Notes under the pieces: model-generated | What the model was told of the DNA's origin: nothing | What the model saw: the letters and a program-made list of their open reading frames with translations, nothing else | Database searches by the model: none | From: Bacillota bacterium | Lineage (GTDB): Bacteria > Bacillota > DTU025 | Assembly (NCBI GenBank): GCA_050951805.1 | Contig: JBMNJT010000002.1 | Location: forward strand, 256,001-320,000 | Length of the DNA stretch: 64,000 nucleotides | Direction of reading: 5' to 3' | Shown here: piece by piece, positions 9,544-18,270 of the stretch | Layout: each line of letters opens with the position of its first letter | How positions within the stretch are numbered: the first letter of the stretch is position 1 | Made by a program: the position numbers and the translations under genes

Positions 9544-10176
9544 TTATCTAAACAGAACGCTGAACGCGTACTTGAAATCCATGGATTCAACGGTCCTGAT
9601 GATCGGAATCCCCTTCTGCTTTGCTGCGTTCGTGAAGAAGCCGTCCTTGTCTACTTCCTTCCTCACGATGAGAATATCGGACTTCGATGTGACTGCTCTG
9701 TTCGATTTCTCGTCGGACTCATCCGTCCGCCGCGCGCTTCCCTCTATCTGAATTCCTACTATGGTCATTCCGAGCTTCTTAGCCTGATCAGCCAGGGCGT
9801 TGCATCTTGCGACTTCCTTGTCGATATCTACCCCTGCGCCGCCCATTCCCTTCAAGCTGGTTCCCATGGACATTATCAGGGTCTTGTAGGCGGTCTTCGG
9901 GTTCTTGCTCGCCTTTACCAAGTCTTCGGCGGTAACCATATCGTCATGGGTGACGTCGATCTTCAGCTGCTTCATCAGCACTTTAGCCCATGATGCGCCC
10001 GGAGCCTGTCCAATTGAGGTTATGAGAACCGGCTGGTCGAGCTTGGGTAACTTTGCAGGAATCTCGATCCCTGCGGGCTTGCTGACTGAGCCGAAGCATA
10101 CGCCTGTTGACAGAATCATGCTCATGACTGCTGCAATGGCAATCAGGATTGTTCGTCGAACAGAAGAGTGTTTCAT
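9544..10176 (-). CDS. DUF6305-family exported protein (possible substrate-binding partner)
   Basis: Signal peptide; VLITSIGQAPG and GTSLKGMGGAGVD motifs; AAAGGAGA RBS before ATG10176. Confidence 0.75.
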   Translation of the reverse strand: MKHSSVRRTILIAIAAVMSMILSTGVCFGSVSKPAGIEIPAKLPKLDQPVLITSIGQAPGASWAKVLMKQLKIDVTHDDMVTAEDLVKASKNPKTAYKTLIMSMGTSLKGMGGAGVDIDKEVARCNALADQAKKLGMTIVGIQIEGSARRTDESDEKSNRAVTSKSDILIVRKEVDKDGFFTNAAKQKGIPIIRTVESMDFKYAFSVLFR

Positions 10177-10234
10177 GTTGTGTAAATCTCCTTTCTTTTC
10201 CTGAAGCACTTGTGTTGACCTACTACGATTTAGC

Positions 10235-10264
10235 CCTCGGTTTCGCCATCTGGCGAAACCGAGG
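10235..10264. other. Intercistronic stem-loop
   Basis: Perfect inverted repeat CCTCGGTTTCGCCA-TC-TGGCGAAACCGAGG with no U-tract on the coding strand. Confidence 0.7.
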
Positions 10265-10306
10265 ACAATTCTGCGGATCATCGTCCACAGATGAAAGGCC
10301 AGATGA

Positions 10307-11887
10307 CTAGAAGGTGTTGTCGTTCCACTTCAACGTCAGTTCTTCGGCCGCCCGATAGTAGGTGTCAACCGCCTTGGCACATCTCGAATGTGTGTAGTTT
10401 GTCAGGAATGTCTTGGCCAGAGCGGGGTCTTTCTCATAGAGCTCCACGGCAGCCTTCTCGATCACTGGCTGAAGCTCGAACTGCTCGGCCTCGAACGGTT
10501 CTCTCACCTTTTTGAGGTCGGCCAATATGTCGACGTATCTTCGGCTGACGAGGTTGTCCATGTACTCAAACACCCACCATGCCGATTCCTTCATGCTGTC
10601 GAAGGTAAAGACCGTTCTGTCGTTAACAGCGTAGTTCTTTGGCAGGCTGTCGACTCCGCAGTAGATCGGTACATACACGGATGACAGCGGGTTGCTCAGA
10701 CCAAACCAGCAAAGGCCGCCCACTGGATCAGGGAGCCAGTCGCGTGCTTGGACTATCGTGAAGTAGGAGCAGTAGGGAACTGCGATGTTTCGCATGTTCA
10801 CTGGGATTCCTATATGCTGTCTTCGTGCGGTGCCTGGGTTGGGCTGCGCGTACGGGGTCTTCACAGGGTTACCCTGTTTGTCGACAACAGGGTTACCTTC
10901 GGCATCCTTCAGATACCATCCTGGGGCGTCGGCCATATCGAATTCCGTACCCTGATAGTGATCGCGATAGATGTTCATCATGTCCTGAACAGTGATTGGC
11001 CGCTCGGCTTTGACGGTGAAGGGATACCTGTCGGCATTGGGATCTAGGTTAAGGGAGGGAGCTACCATTGAGAGGACTCTCCACTCGCGGAGCTTGCATC
11101 CAAACCAGTTGCTGGGGCAGTACGCCTTCCAGAACAAGAACTCTTCGCCGCTTTCCGGATCCCACCAGCCATTTTCGATGGCTACATCAAATACGTTGGA
11201 TGAGCACATATAGTTCTCTGGATCGTCCGGGTTGACCTCGCAGATTCGGCTTCTGTTGGCTGAAACGCCAACATGGCCTTCGGGGATGCGGACGGCGGCC
11301 CAAATGGCGCCCTTCTGGAAGTTGCCTGGAGGCATAACTTCAAAGTGCCATATTTCGTTCGGGTCTCCCACGGTGAGGCATTCGCCGCCATCGATGTAGC
11401 CGTAAGTCTCGGCTAGCTCGCCCATGATCTGGACTGCCTCTCGTGCCGTCTTCGCTCTCTGCAGTCCGAGGATCTGGAGGGTATCTATATAAAGAAGCCC
11501 TATGTCGGTGCTGAGCTCTGACCGGTTGCCGATGGTCGTTTCGCCCATGATCACTTGATGTTCGTTCATGTAAGGATAGCCGGCGTGGAAGTACGTGTAT
11601 GTTACAGGGGCCTCGGGAATTTCCCCGATCAGTTCCGGCTCTGCATAGTCGGCATGCAGATGGTCTCTATAGCACTTGAACGTATCTTCTGGCTTGTGTG
11701 TTTTGCCTGGCACGACATATGTCCTGGCGTCGTACCAACCGTCGCACGTATGCGCTGTCATAACTGATCCATCTGCGGAAGCGCCCTTCGATACTGGCAC
11801 TGATGTGCAAGCAAAGGCTGGGAAAGCAGATGCAATGACCATTACGATCGCGAGCAATAGTCCAGTGTACTTAGATTTCGTTCTCAA
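10307..11887 (-). CDS. Secreted C69-family dipeptidase (Ntn hydrolase)
   Basis: Signal peptide ending AFA followed by CTS (N-terminal Cys nucleophile); ASADGSVMTAHTCD, MNEHQVIMGETT, RDHYQGTEFD, SVYVPIY. Confidence 0.9.
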   Translation of the reverse strand: MRTKSKYTGLLLAIVMVIASAFPAFACTSVPVSKGASADGSVMTAHTCDGWYDARTYVVPGKTHKPEDTFKCYRDHLHADYAEPELIGEIPEAPVTYTYFHAGYPYMNEHQVIMGETTIGNRSELSTDIGLLYIDTLQILGLQRAKTAREAVQIMGELAETYGYIDGGECLTVGDPNEIWHFEVMPPGNFQKGAIWAAVRIPEGHVGVSANRSRICEVNPDDPENYMCSSNVFDVAIENGWWDPESGEEFLFWKAYCPSNWFGCKLREWRVLSMVAPSLNLDPNADRYPFTVKAERPITVQDMMNIYRDHYQGTEFDMADAPGWYLKDAEGNPVVDKQGNPVKTPYAQPNPGTARRQHIGIPVNMRNIAVPYCSYFTIVQARDWLPDPVGGLCWFGLSNPLSSVYVPIYCGVDSLPKNYAVNDRTVFTFDSMKESAWWVFEYMDNLVSRRYVDILADLKKVREPFEAEQFELQPVIEKAAVELYEKDPALAKTFLTNYTHSRCAKAVDTYYRAAEELTLKWNDNTF

Positions 11888-12077
11888 CTACGTTCGCCTC
11901 CTGTTTGCTGGAGATAAAATGCTTCAAATCGTGAGTACAGTTTCGACTGCTCAAGCAGAGCGCCTTGTCTATGCCATGATCACCTCCCTAGCGTCAAATG
12001 CAACCAATAGACCGACATTGACCCAAATTACACGAAGCCCGAAACTTTGTGTAATTTTTCGCAATATCTACGGAAAG

Positions 12078-12104
12078 CTTCTACATGTGAAACATAAATC
12101 CTCC
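12078..12104 (-). promoter_or_regulatory. SigH-like promoter for the peptidase/transporter operon
   Basis: Minus strand GGAGGATTT-N11-GTAGAAG. Confidence 0.5.
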
Positions 12105-12331
12105 TTATGATTGAAAAAACATTTCGTGATATCATCCATATCGACCGCAAGACTGCTAATTAGACCGCAACAAATCTCTTCGCAGTCCTCGAGTTTGTAT
12201 TGCCGCTGTCTGCGAGTTAGCCGGGGGACTACTAAGGTCCTTTACTGGCCTTCGGTAGAAGCCTAGGAAAGCGCCGTGCAGCGTGGAGCCGGCCAAGGTT
12301 CGCCGCGGGGGCGAGCAGGTTTTGCAGACCA

Positions 12332-12598
12332 GTCTAAGTCTTAGCCATTTGCAATCGCAAAGCGTTCAAAAACTAGACGGTAGTGGTCTCAAACTTAGAC
12401 ACTCGCTTGCGCTCTAAGCCAATATGTGGGTATATGCACTTCTGCATAGTTATTTATCCCCGGAAACTGGGTCCTTGTGACAGTGCATGCCGGATTACCC
12501 CTGCCTAAGATTGCCTTCCGGCTTCAAGCGGCTAAAATTTAGACGGGGCCAGTCTAAAACTTGGACACCTGCGCCCGAAAAGCGACTAAATAATAGAC
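12332..12598. promoter_or_regulatory. Array of six 15-bp palindromic sites, consensus GTCTAA-N3-TTAGAC
   Basis: Copies at 12332 GTCTAAGTCTTAGCC, 12364 GTTCAAAAACTAGAC, 12386 GTCTCAAACTTAGAC, 12530 GGCTAAAATTTAGAC, 12552 GTCTAAAACTTGGAC and 12584 GACTAAATAATAGAC. Confidence 0.8.
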
Positions 12599-13091
12599 AT
12601 ATTCCTTGAAGGCAGGCCCAAGTCGCCCTTTCATATGAGTGCGTTGAATGCATAAACCGTCGGAGCGCTCACACGGATCTCATGGTCGGGAGCGTATGCG
12701 CGTCGCTTTCGTGGTTGCAAAGAAGATGGTTGCCCGCGAGCGTCGAACCGGGATTTCGATTACGCCATCTACCCTGGCCTTGCCCCGGGGATCATATCCC
12801 GGTGCGGCTGAGTTTATGGCTAAGGCCAAGATCCCCCAAAACCGCGTGCGTTGTCGATGCACAAATGCGAACCAATTACCGCACTGCGACATAGGTGCAA
12901 AGATGTGTCTACTCCTAGCAGACATCATATAGAAGGCTAACCGATAGCGCAAAAAGCTCATTGGGAGTTACTTATGGGAGTCACTTAGATGAAATACAGG
13001 CACTGAGATGAGTATATGTTGTAAGCCAACATTTGCCTTACTGACTGAGCTGCATGAGAAAGTTCTTGGGTGATGACCCCACATTTCGCTA

Positions 13092-13118
13092 GAAGGAATT
13101 GCGTCTTGCTCATCGAAA
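13092..13118 (+). promoter_or_regulatory. SigH-like promoter of pgsB
   Basis: GAAGGAATT-N11-ATCGAAA, 45 bp before the start codon. Confidence 0.55.
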
Positions 13119-13163
13119 ATTGAAAGAATATCGAGCCTGCATCGATACAAAAGGGTGATATGT

Positions 13164-14351
13164 ATGCACGGTTTTGCGGTGATGTGCGCCTGTCTTTTCG
13201 TGGCCGGAGTTATCGAGAACTGGTTGCACACGCGCCGTCTCAGCAGAATATCCGTTAGAATACACGTGAACGGCACTAGGGGAAAATCGACAATCACGAG
13301 GTTGATAGCTGCTGGTTTGCGTGCCGGAGGTATGCGCGTGATTGCAAAGACCACAGGCACGGCGGCAAGAATCATATTTGAGGACGGCTCGGAAGAGCCG
13401 GTTGTACGACGCGGAAATTGCGCCAACATCTCCGAGCAGATGAGACTAGTCAAGTTGGCCGAATCGAGGGGGGCAGACGCGATAGTCGTGGAGTGCATGG
13501 CACTTCAGCCTGAAAACCAATGGGCAGCGGAGCGGCACATGATCAAGTCTACAGTGGGCGTGATAACCAACGTGCGCGACGATCACTTGGATGTCATGGG
13601 CCCGACCGTGCACGACGTTGCCGAAGCCCTTTCGTTAACCGTTCCATACGGAGGCGCGCTGGTCACTGCGGAGCAGAAGTTCCTCCATGTCTTTGAAGAT
13701 AGAGCGCGGAAGACGGGAGCGTCCGTTTACGTGGTAGACGCATCCGGTGCACCGGCTGATGCAACCGCAAACTTCGACTACATCAGTTTTCCTGAAAACA
13801 TTGCATGTGCGCTGAAAGTGTGTGAATTGTGCGGCGTGCCGCGTGATCTGGCGCTGGAAGGAATGCTGACCGCCCAGGGAGATCCTGGAGCCACGCGAAT
13901 ACTCAGGATCGATCGGGGCAAGGCCTCTTACGTTTTCGTCAATGCGTTTGCCGCTAATGACCGTGACTCTACAGAACTGGTATGCAAGGCGGCGGAAGGC
14001 AGGATCGCCCCGTTCATCCGGAAGGGGCTGCCAGCCATCGTCATTTTGAACAACAGGTCTGATAGGCCATTTCGCGCTGAAGAGCTTGCCGGCTTCGTCG
14101 CGGAGAGTATTTCACCCCAATGGGCATTTGTGGTGGGCGAGGCAGGCAGGGTGGCCGTACGGGGACTTAAGAGGGGCAAAGTTGCAGAATCCGTCATCGT
14201 GGATCTCACGCACCAGCCCAAAGCGGAGAGAATATTGGCAAAAGTGGCAGATCGATGCCCTGCAGGGGCCGTCATATATGGGATTGGAAACACCAGGGGC
14301 ATGGGCGAGAGGATAATCCAGTATTTCGAGGCAAACGGGGTGGCATTGTGA
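13164..14351 (+). CDS. pgsB: Poly-gamma-glutamate synthase PgsB/CapB
   Basis: RIHVNGTRGKS P-loop, AKTTGT, NISEQ, VVECMALQPENQ, ITNVRDDHLDVMGPT, NAFAAND. Confidence 0.95.
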   Translation: MHGFAVMCACLFVAGVIENWLHTRRLSRISVRIHVNGTRGKSTITRLIAAGLRAGGMRVIAKTTGTAARIIFEDGSEEPVVRRGNCANISEQMRLVKLAESRGADAIVVECMALQPENQWAAERHMIKSTVGVITNVRDDHLDVMGPTVHDVAEALSLTVPYGGALVTAEQKFLHVFEDRARKTGASVYVVDASGAPADATANFDYISFPENIACALKVCELCGVPRDLALEGMLTAQGDPGATRILRIDRGKASYVFVNAFAANDRDSTELVCKAAEGRIAPFIRKGLPAIVILNNRSDRPFRAEELAGFVAESISPQWAFVVGEAGRVAVRGLKRGKVAESVIVDLTHQPKAERILAKVADRCPAGAVIYGIGNTRGMGERIIQYFEANGVAL

Positions 14352-14779
14352 CCGTAACCGTCTCAATTGGAATTGGACTAATAGTCGGCTTCATCTTCAC
14401 CGAACTGACAGGGCTATACGCCGGAGGCCTGGTGGTCCCCGGGTATCTCGCATTATACCTTGATCAGCCGCTCAGAATATTGGCCACATTCCTGGTGGCT
14501 CTCCTAGCTTACGGGATTGTGTGGGTCATATCGAATTTCCTTGCAATCTATGGAAGGCGGCGTTTCATGGCCTGCGTCATAGTCGGTTTCTGGCTGGGCT
14601 GGCTGCTGAACAGGACTGGCATGAGCATTACACCGGGAGGGCCCCAATTGCGGGCGATTGGTTACATCATTCCAGGCCTCATAGCAAACGACATTGCCAG
14701 GCAGGGAGCCGCACGCACATTCCTATCAGTGCTTGTGGTTGCTGCAGTGGTTAGGTTGCTTATGATCGTTTTTGCCTGA
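14348..14779 (+). CDS. pgsC: Poly-gamma-glutamate biosynthesis protein PgsC/CapC
   Basis: GLYAGGLVVPGYLAL, IYGRRRF, IGYIIPGLIAN; GTG overlaps the pgsB stop codon. Confidence 0.95.
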   Translation: MTVTVSIGIGLIVGFIFTELTGLYAGGLVVPGYLALYLDQPLRILATFLVALLAYGIVWVISNFLAIYGRRRFMACVIVGFWLGWLLNRTGMSITPGGPQLRAIGYIIPGLIANDIARQGAARTFLSVLVVAAVVRLLMIVFA

Positions 14780-14942
14780 AGGGCGTGTTGACGTATCCTA
14801 TTGCCGACAGGCTTTCGTGGCAAGTTGTAAGAAGCATTTGACATTGTAAAGCGTCTAAGGGCCGAACTGCTGGCAGCGCAAAGAAGTGGCGCTCTTGGGG
14901 GTTGGCGGCTGCCTGAGGGTGTTAGAGGGAGGGAACGAACGG

Positions 14943-16103
14943 GTGAAAAAGGGTTGCATGGCGCCCACGGGGCGACAATATGGAAGGGATCGAGTCAACT
15001 TCGGCATCTTGCTCTTGGCGTCTCTTGTGGCGTTGGCAGCCTTGGCGGTTTCGGTGCGGCCTGACCGCATTGGACTGCCTGGCGATCCCCGAGGCAGTGT
15101 AGGGGCATGTGTGGAGGAACAGATTGCAGCTGCCGAAATCATGGCAGAATGCATCGCAGCTGTGCGCGATGCCAGGGCCGAGCTGGGCATTGCTATCGAT
15201 CCTGACCTCGACCCCAACGGAACAGGGCTGATCGGTCATGATCTCACTCCGCTCACCACTACTGTTGGGGTTTTGGAGGCGAAGCGCACTGCCACCAGTC
15301 CCGATTTCGCGGCCCTCATGGTGAAGTATTTCAACGAGGCTGGGCTGCGGGAGGGCGATGTGGTAGCAGTGGGCGCCAGCGGTTCATTCCCGTCCTTGAT
15401 TATCGCCACGTTGGCTGCTTCAAGGGCTATGAATCTCGAACCTATCCTCATATACTCCATAGGTGCTTCGATGTACGGCGCTACCATACCAGAGTTTACT
15501 TTCATCGAGATGTTGGACGCGATACGGGCCAAAGGGATCCTCCCTTATTACATCGCCGCTGTGTCGCTTGGCGGAGACGACGATGCAGGCGGAGGCGGCC
15601 TGTTCGAGGAATCGAGAGACATATCGGAGGAGATCGCCGAGCGCTCGGGAGCGTACGTAATACGTGAGGATTCGATCGAAAAGAGCGTAGCCAGGCGCAT
15701 GCAGGTTTTCGAAGAGGCTGCAGCCGAGCATGGTCGGCCCATAGCCTGTTTTGTGAACGTAGGTGGGGCTTCGGCCAACTACGGGGCAACCTCAGCTTCA
15801 CTCGACTTTCCCAACGGTTTGGTGATGGTTCCGAAAGTAATGTCTGTAGATCCCAAAAGGGGCTTGATGTTCGAGTATGCCGCAATGGGGCTGCCGGTAA
15901 TAAACCTCATAGACATCAGGGGACTTGCGATCCAAAATGGCATTCCAGTAGACCCCATTCCCCTTCCAGGTCCTGGCGAGGGACGTGTGTATGCCGCTCA
16001 TAGCTGCTCCAAACCCGCAGCCGCCGTCGGGCTTGCGGGCTGTCTCTTCTTGATCGGCGGAGCATGGGCAAAGAGCAGAAGGCGTTTGCAACCCGATGGC
16101 TAG
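14943..16103 (+). CDS. pgsW: Poly-gamma-glutamate system protein PgsW
   Basis: DPNGTGLIG, TTTVGVLEAKRTATSPDFAA, VAVGASGSFP, SIGASMYGA, FVNVGG; N- and C-terminal TM; follows pgsBC. Start codon uncertain (14943 or 14958). Confidence 0.85.
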   Translation: MKKGCMAPTGRQYGRDRVNFGILLLASLVALAALAVSVRPDRIGLPGDPRGSVGACVEEQIAAAEIMAECIAAVRDARAELGIAIDPDLDPNGTGLIGHDLTPLTTTVGVLEAKRTATSPDFAALMVKYFNEAGLREGDVVAVGASGSFPSLIIATLAASRAMNLEPILIYSIGASMYGATIPEFTFIEMLDAIRAKGILPYYIAAVSLGGDDDAGGGGLFEESRDISEEIAERSGAYVIREDSIEKSVARRMQVFEEAAAEHGRPIACFVNVGGASANYGATSASLDFPNGLVMVPKVMSVDPKRGLMFEYAAMGLPVINLIDIRGLAIQNGIPVDPIPLPGPGEGRVYAAHSCSKPAAAVGLAGCLFLIGGAWAKSRRRLQPDG

Positions 16104-16241
16104 GGACGCACTCGGTATAGGCCGCCTTCAGTTTACTTTCGCGGGCTGTGCCTAGAACCTAGACACCTCGCCCAGATCTCTGGGCTGCTTCGCTCCCTGC
16201 GTGCCACAATCGTAGCACGCCCAATACCACATCGGAACCCG

Positions 16242-16270
16242 TTGACATGCAGGAAAGAAGCTGATAACAT
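16242..16270 (+). promoter_or_regulatory. SigA promoter of tRNA-Thr
   Basis: TTGACA-N17-TAACAT with extended -10 TG. Confidence 0.8.
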
Positions 16271-16292
16271 TGTTCCTGCTGAAGTTCGATTG

Positions 16293-16368
<76 letters not shown>

Positions 16369-16430
16369 CTAACATACCACACGAACGTGCTAATCAATCA
16401 TGCAAGACGCAACAGGAGATCTCAGAAAAT

Positions 16431-16459
16431 GGACGCCCATTCAGGGGCGTTTTCTTTTT
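16431..16459 (+). terminator. Intrinsic terminator after tRNA-Thr
   Basis: GGACGCCC-loop-GGGCGTTT followed by TCTTTTT. Confidence 0.75.
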
Positions 16460-16729
16460 GTCGTCTTTCCGGAACTCCCTACGACTGACAGAGGCATGTG
16501 CCGATGGTGAACGAGACAGGAATAATCTCGCCGCTTTGCTCCGGGAAGAATGGTGCGATGGCGGATAATACATGCGCAAGCCTACTTCTCCATCACCCTG
16601 GCACCGCCTTTGCCGACACGTTAAGTCCGCTCTGCGGTTTCAGTAGCCTTTGTCAAGTGCCTCAGTCCTGGTCCACATGCCTTTGCTGCTGAATACATTG
16701 AATCAGGTATTCTATACGAGGTGAACGGT

Positions 16730-17509
16730 ATGTGGTTGTTCCAAAAACCCAAAACGCCATCGGGTGAGGATAGTCTCTGTTATCCACCGTGTCCACCGTG
16801 CTCACCGTGTTTGCCATGTCCGCCATGTCCGCCCGGACCGCCTGGTCCGCAGGGTCCCCCTGGTCCGCAGGGTACACAGGGACCGCCAGGTCCACAGGGA
16901 CCACAGGGTCCTCCTGGTCCGCAGGGTTCGCCTGGTCCACAGGGTCCTCCTGGTCCTCAGGGTCCACAGGGTCCGCCTGGTCCGCCGGCTCGCATCTGTC
17001 CATGTGGCAATCTAGTGGCCAACGGATCGTTTGACGATTGGGATAGTGCTAATGAGCCATCTGGCTGGAACATTGCGGGAAATGTTGGAGAAGAAACCAC
17101 GAACGTGCATACCCTGGGATTTTCTGCAAACCTTGGAACACCGACAGGGGTAGATAACCCTGCCAAATTGGGGCAGACATTGACCGAGGTCAAATGTGGA
17201 TGCTGCTATCGCTTTGAATTCCATGCCACCGGTCACAACAATTCGGAGGATGCCTTTCGCGCCCAGGTGCTCTTCGACGGCAGCGTGGTGACGGAGGTGT
17301 TGCTTCCGAGCCCAGTGGAGCCTCAGTACAGCTACTTTAGTGCCTATGTACCCTGCGTTCCTCCTGGCGTCACTGTAGACATTCTGTTCATCAAGCCTGG
17401 CGCAGGGACTTGGTTTATCGATGATGTCGGGTTCATAGCCGAGGGCCCGTGCACCGGCGGATACTGGCATCCTTTTGGCGGTTGTGATTCTGGCGTGTCC
17501 ACAGTATAG
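16730..17509 (+). CDS. Cys-rich collagen-like protein with a C-terminal jelly-roll-like domain (probable spore-surface protein)
   Basis: PPC repeats, 17 Gly-X-Y triplets, then an NLVANGSF...WFIDDV domain; GAGGTG RBS before ATG16730; no signal peptide. Confidence 0.8.
   Translation: MWLFQKPKTPSGEDSLCYPPCPPCSPCLPCPPCPPGPPGPQGPPGPQGTQGPPGPQGPQGPPGPQGSPGPQGPPGPQGPQGPPGPPARICPCGNLVANGSFDDWDSANEPSGWNIAGNVGEETTNVHTLGFSANLGTPTGVDNPAKLGQTLTEVKCGCCYRFEFHATGHNNSEDAFRAQVLFDGSVVTEVLLPSPVEPQYSYFSAYVPCVPPGVTVDILFIKPGAGTWFIDDVGFIAEGPCTGGYWHPFGGCDSGVSTV
16835..16987 (+). repeat. 9-bp-period coding repeat (17 Gly-X-Y triplets, mostly GPP/GPQ)
   Basis: Units such as GGTCCGCAG, GGTCCTCCT and GGACCACAG. Confidence 0.95.
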
Positions 17510-17684
17510 CCTGAACGCAAAATGGAAGCTAACTGAAGGGCAAGCGCCAACAAGAGACAGGCATTCGGCATCGATCTGCCGACTTTCTGAAGGGCGCGTG
17601 CCCTTCGATGACATGGCCGAATACACTATACACGTATGTGGTATACTACAAAAAAAGAGATCAGTCCGGGAGGTCATGAAATAG

Positions 17685-18122
17685 GTGGCCAAAACTACGT
17701 TCAGCGCGTCCATGGCGTGGTCAGGCAGTGGCATGTACTGCGAGGGCGGAACGAGAGGGTTCAAAGTCGAAGTGGACGAGCCGAAGGCGCTCGGCGGAAC
17801 TGACCGGGCCATGAATCCGGTGGAACTCCTTCTATGCGCGTTAGGTGGGTGCATGTCGATATGCGCTGCTGCCTTTGCCGGGGCGTGCGGAGTTGATCTG
17901 CAGGGCTTTTCCGTAGAGGTCGAAGGAGACCTGGATCCAGACGGATTTCTCGGTAAGAACCCCAATGTGCGCACCGGATATCAGGGGATACGGTATAGGA
18001 TGATCATCGACTCTCCATCACCCCAAGAGAATATCGACAGGCTGGTTGAGACGATCGAGAAAAGGTGTCCCATCTCCGACACTCTGCGTGGAGTCGACGT
18101 TGTCCGCAGTGCAAGCACGTGA
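17685..18122 (+). CDS. OsmC/Ohr-family protein
   Basis: VDEPKALGGTDRAMNPVELLLCALGGC and second Cys motif RCPISDTL. Confidence 0.9.
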   Translation: MAKTTFSASMAWSGSGMYCEGGTRGFKVEVDEPKALGGTDRAMNPVELLLCALGGCMSICAAAFAGACGVDLQGFSVEVEGDLDPDGFLGKNPNVRTGYQGIRYRMIIDSPSPQENIDRLVETIEKRCPISDTLRGVDVVRSAST

Positions 18123-18270
18123 TGCAGCAGTAGAGTGCGCGTCCTTCTGCCCTTTGTTTTGCAGGAGGGCGCGCGTCCGCAATTGGGTGGCGGGCTGAAC
18201 GTCTGTGTTAGCCGTGAGGCACCATGCCCCGGATGATCGGCGTTAGCAGATGTTTTGGAGGCGAATATCC

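Noticed and set aside
12079-12094. parS-like sequence TTCTACATGTGAAACA
   Set aside because: Only 12/16 match to TGTTTCACGTGAAACA with one arm broken; it overlaps a better SigH-like promoter reading.
12332-12598. Palindrome array read as CRISPR or iterons
   Set aside because: Units are only 15 bp, degenerate and unevenly spaced, and no cas or rep gene is nearby; the pattern fits protein-binding sites better.
12600-13080. Short ORFs between the palindrome array and pgsB
   Set aside because: Overlapping ORFs on both strands with no RBS or recognisable motifs.
16369-16729. Prophage or ICE attachment at tRNA-Thr
   Set aside because: No integrase and no repeat of the tRNA 3' end found in the window.
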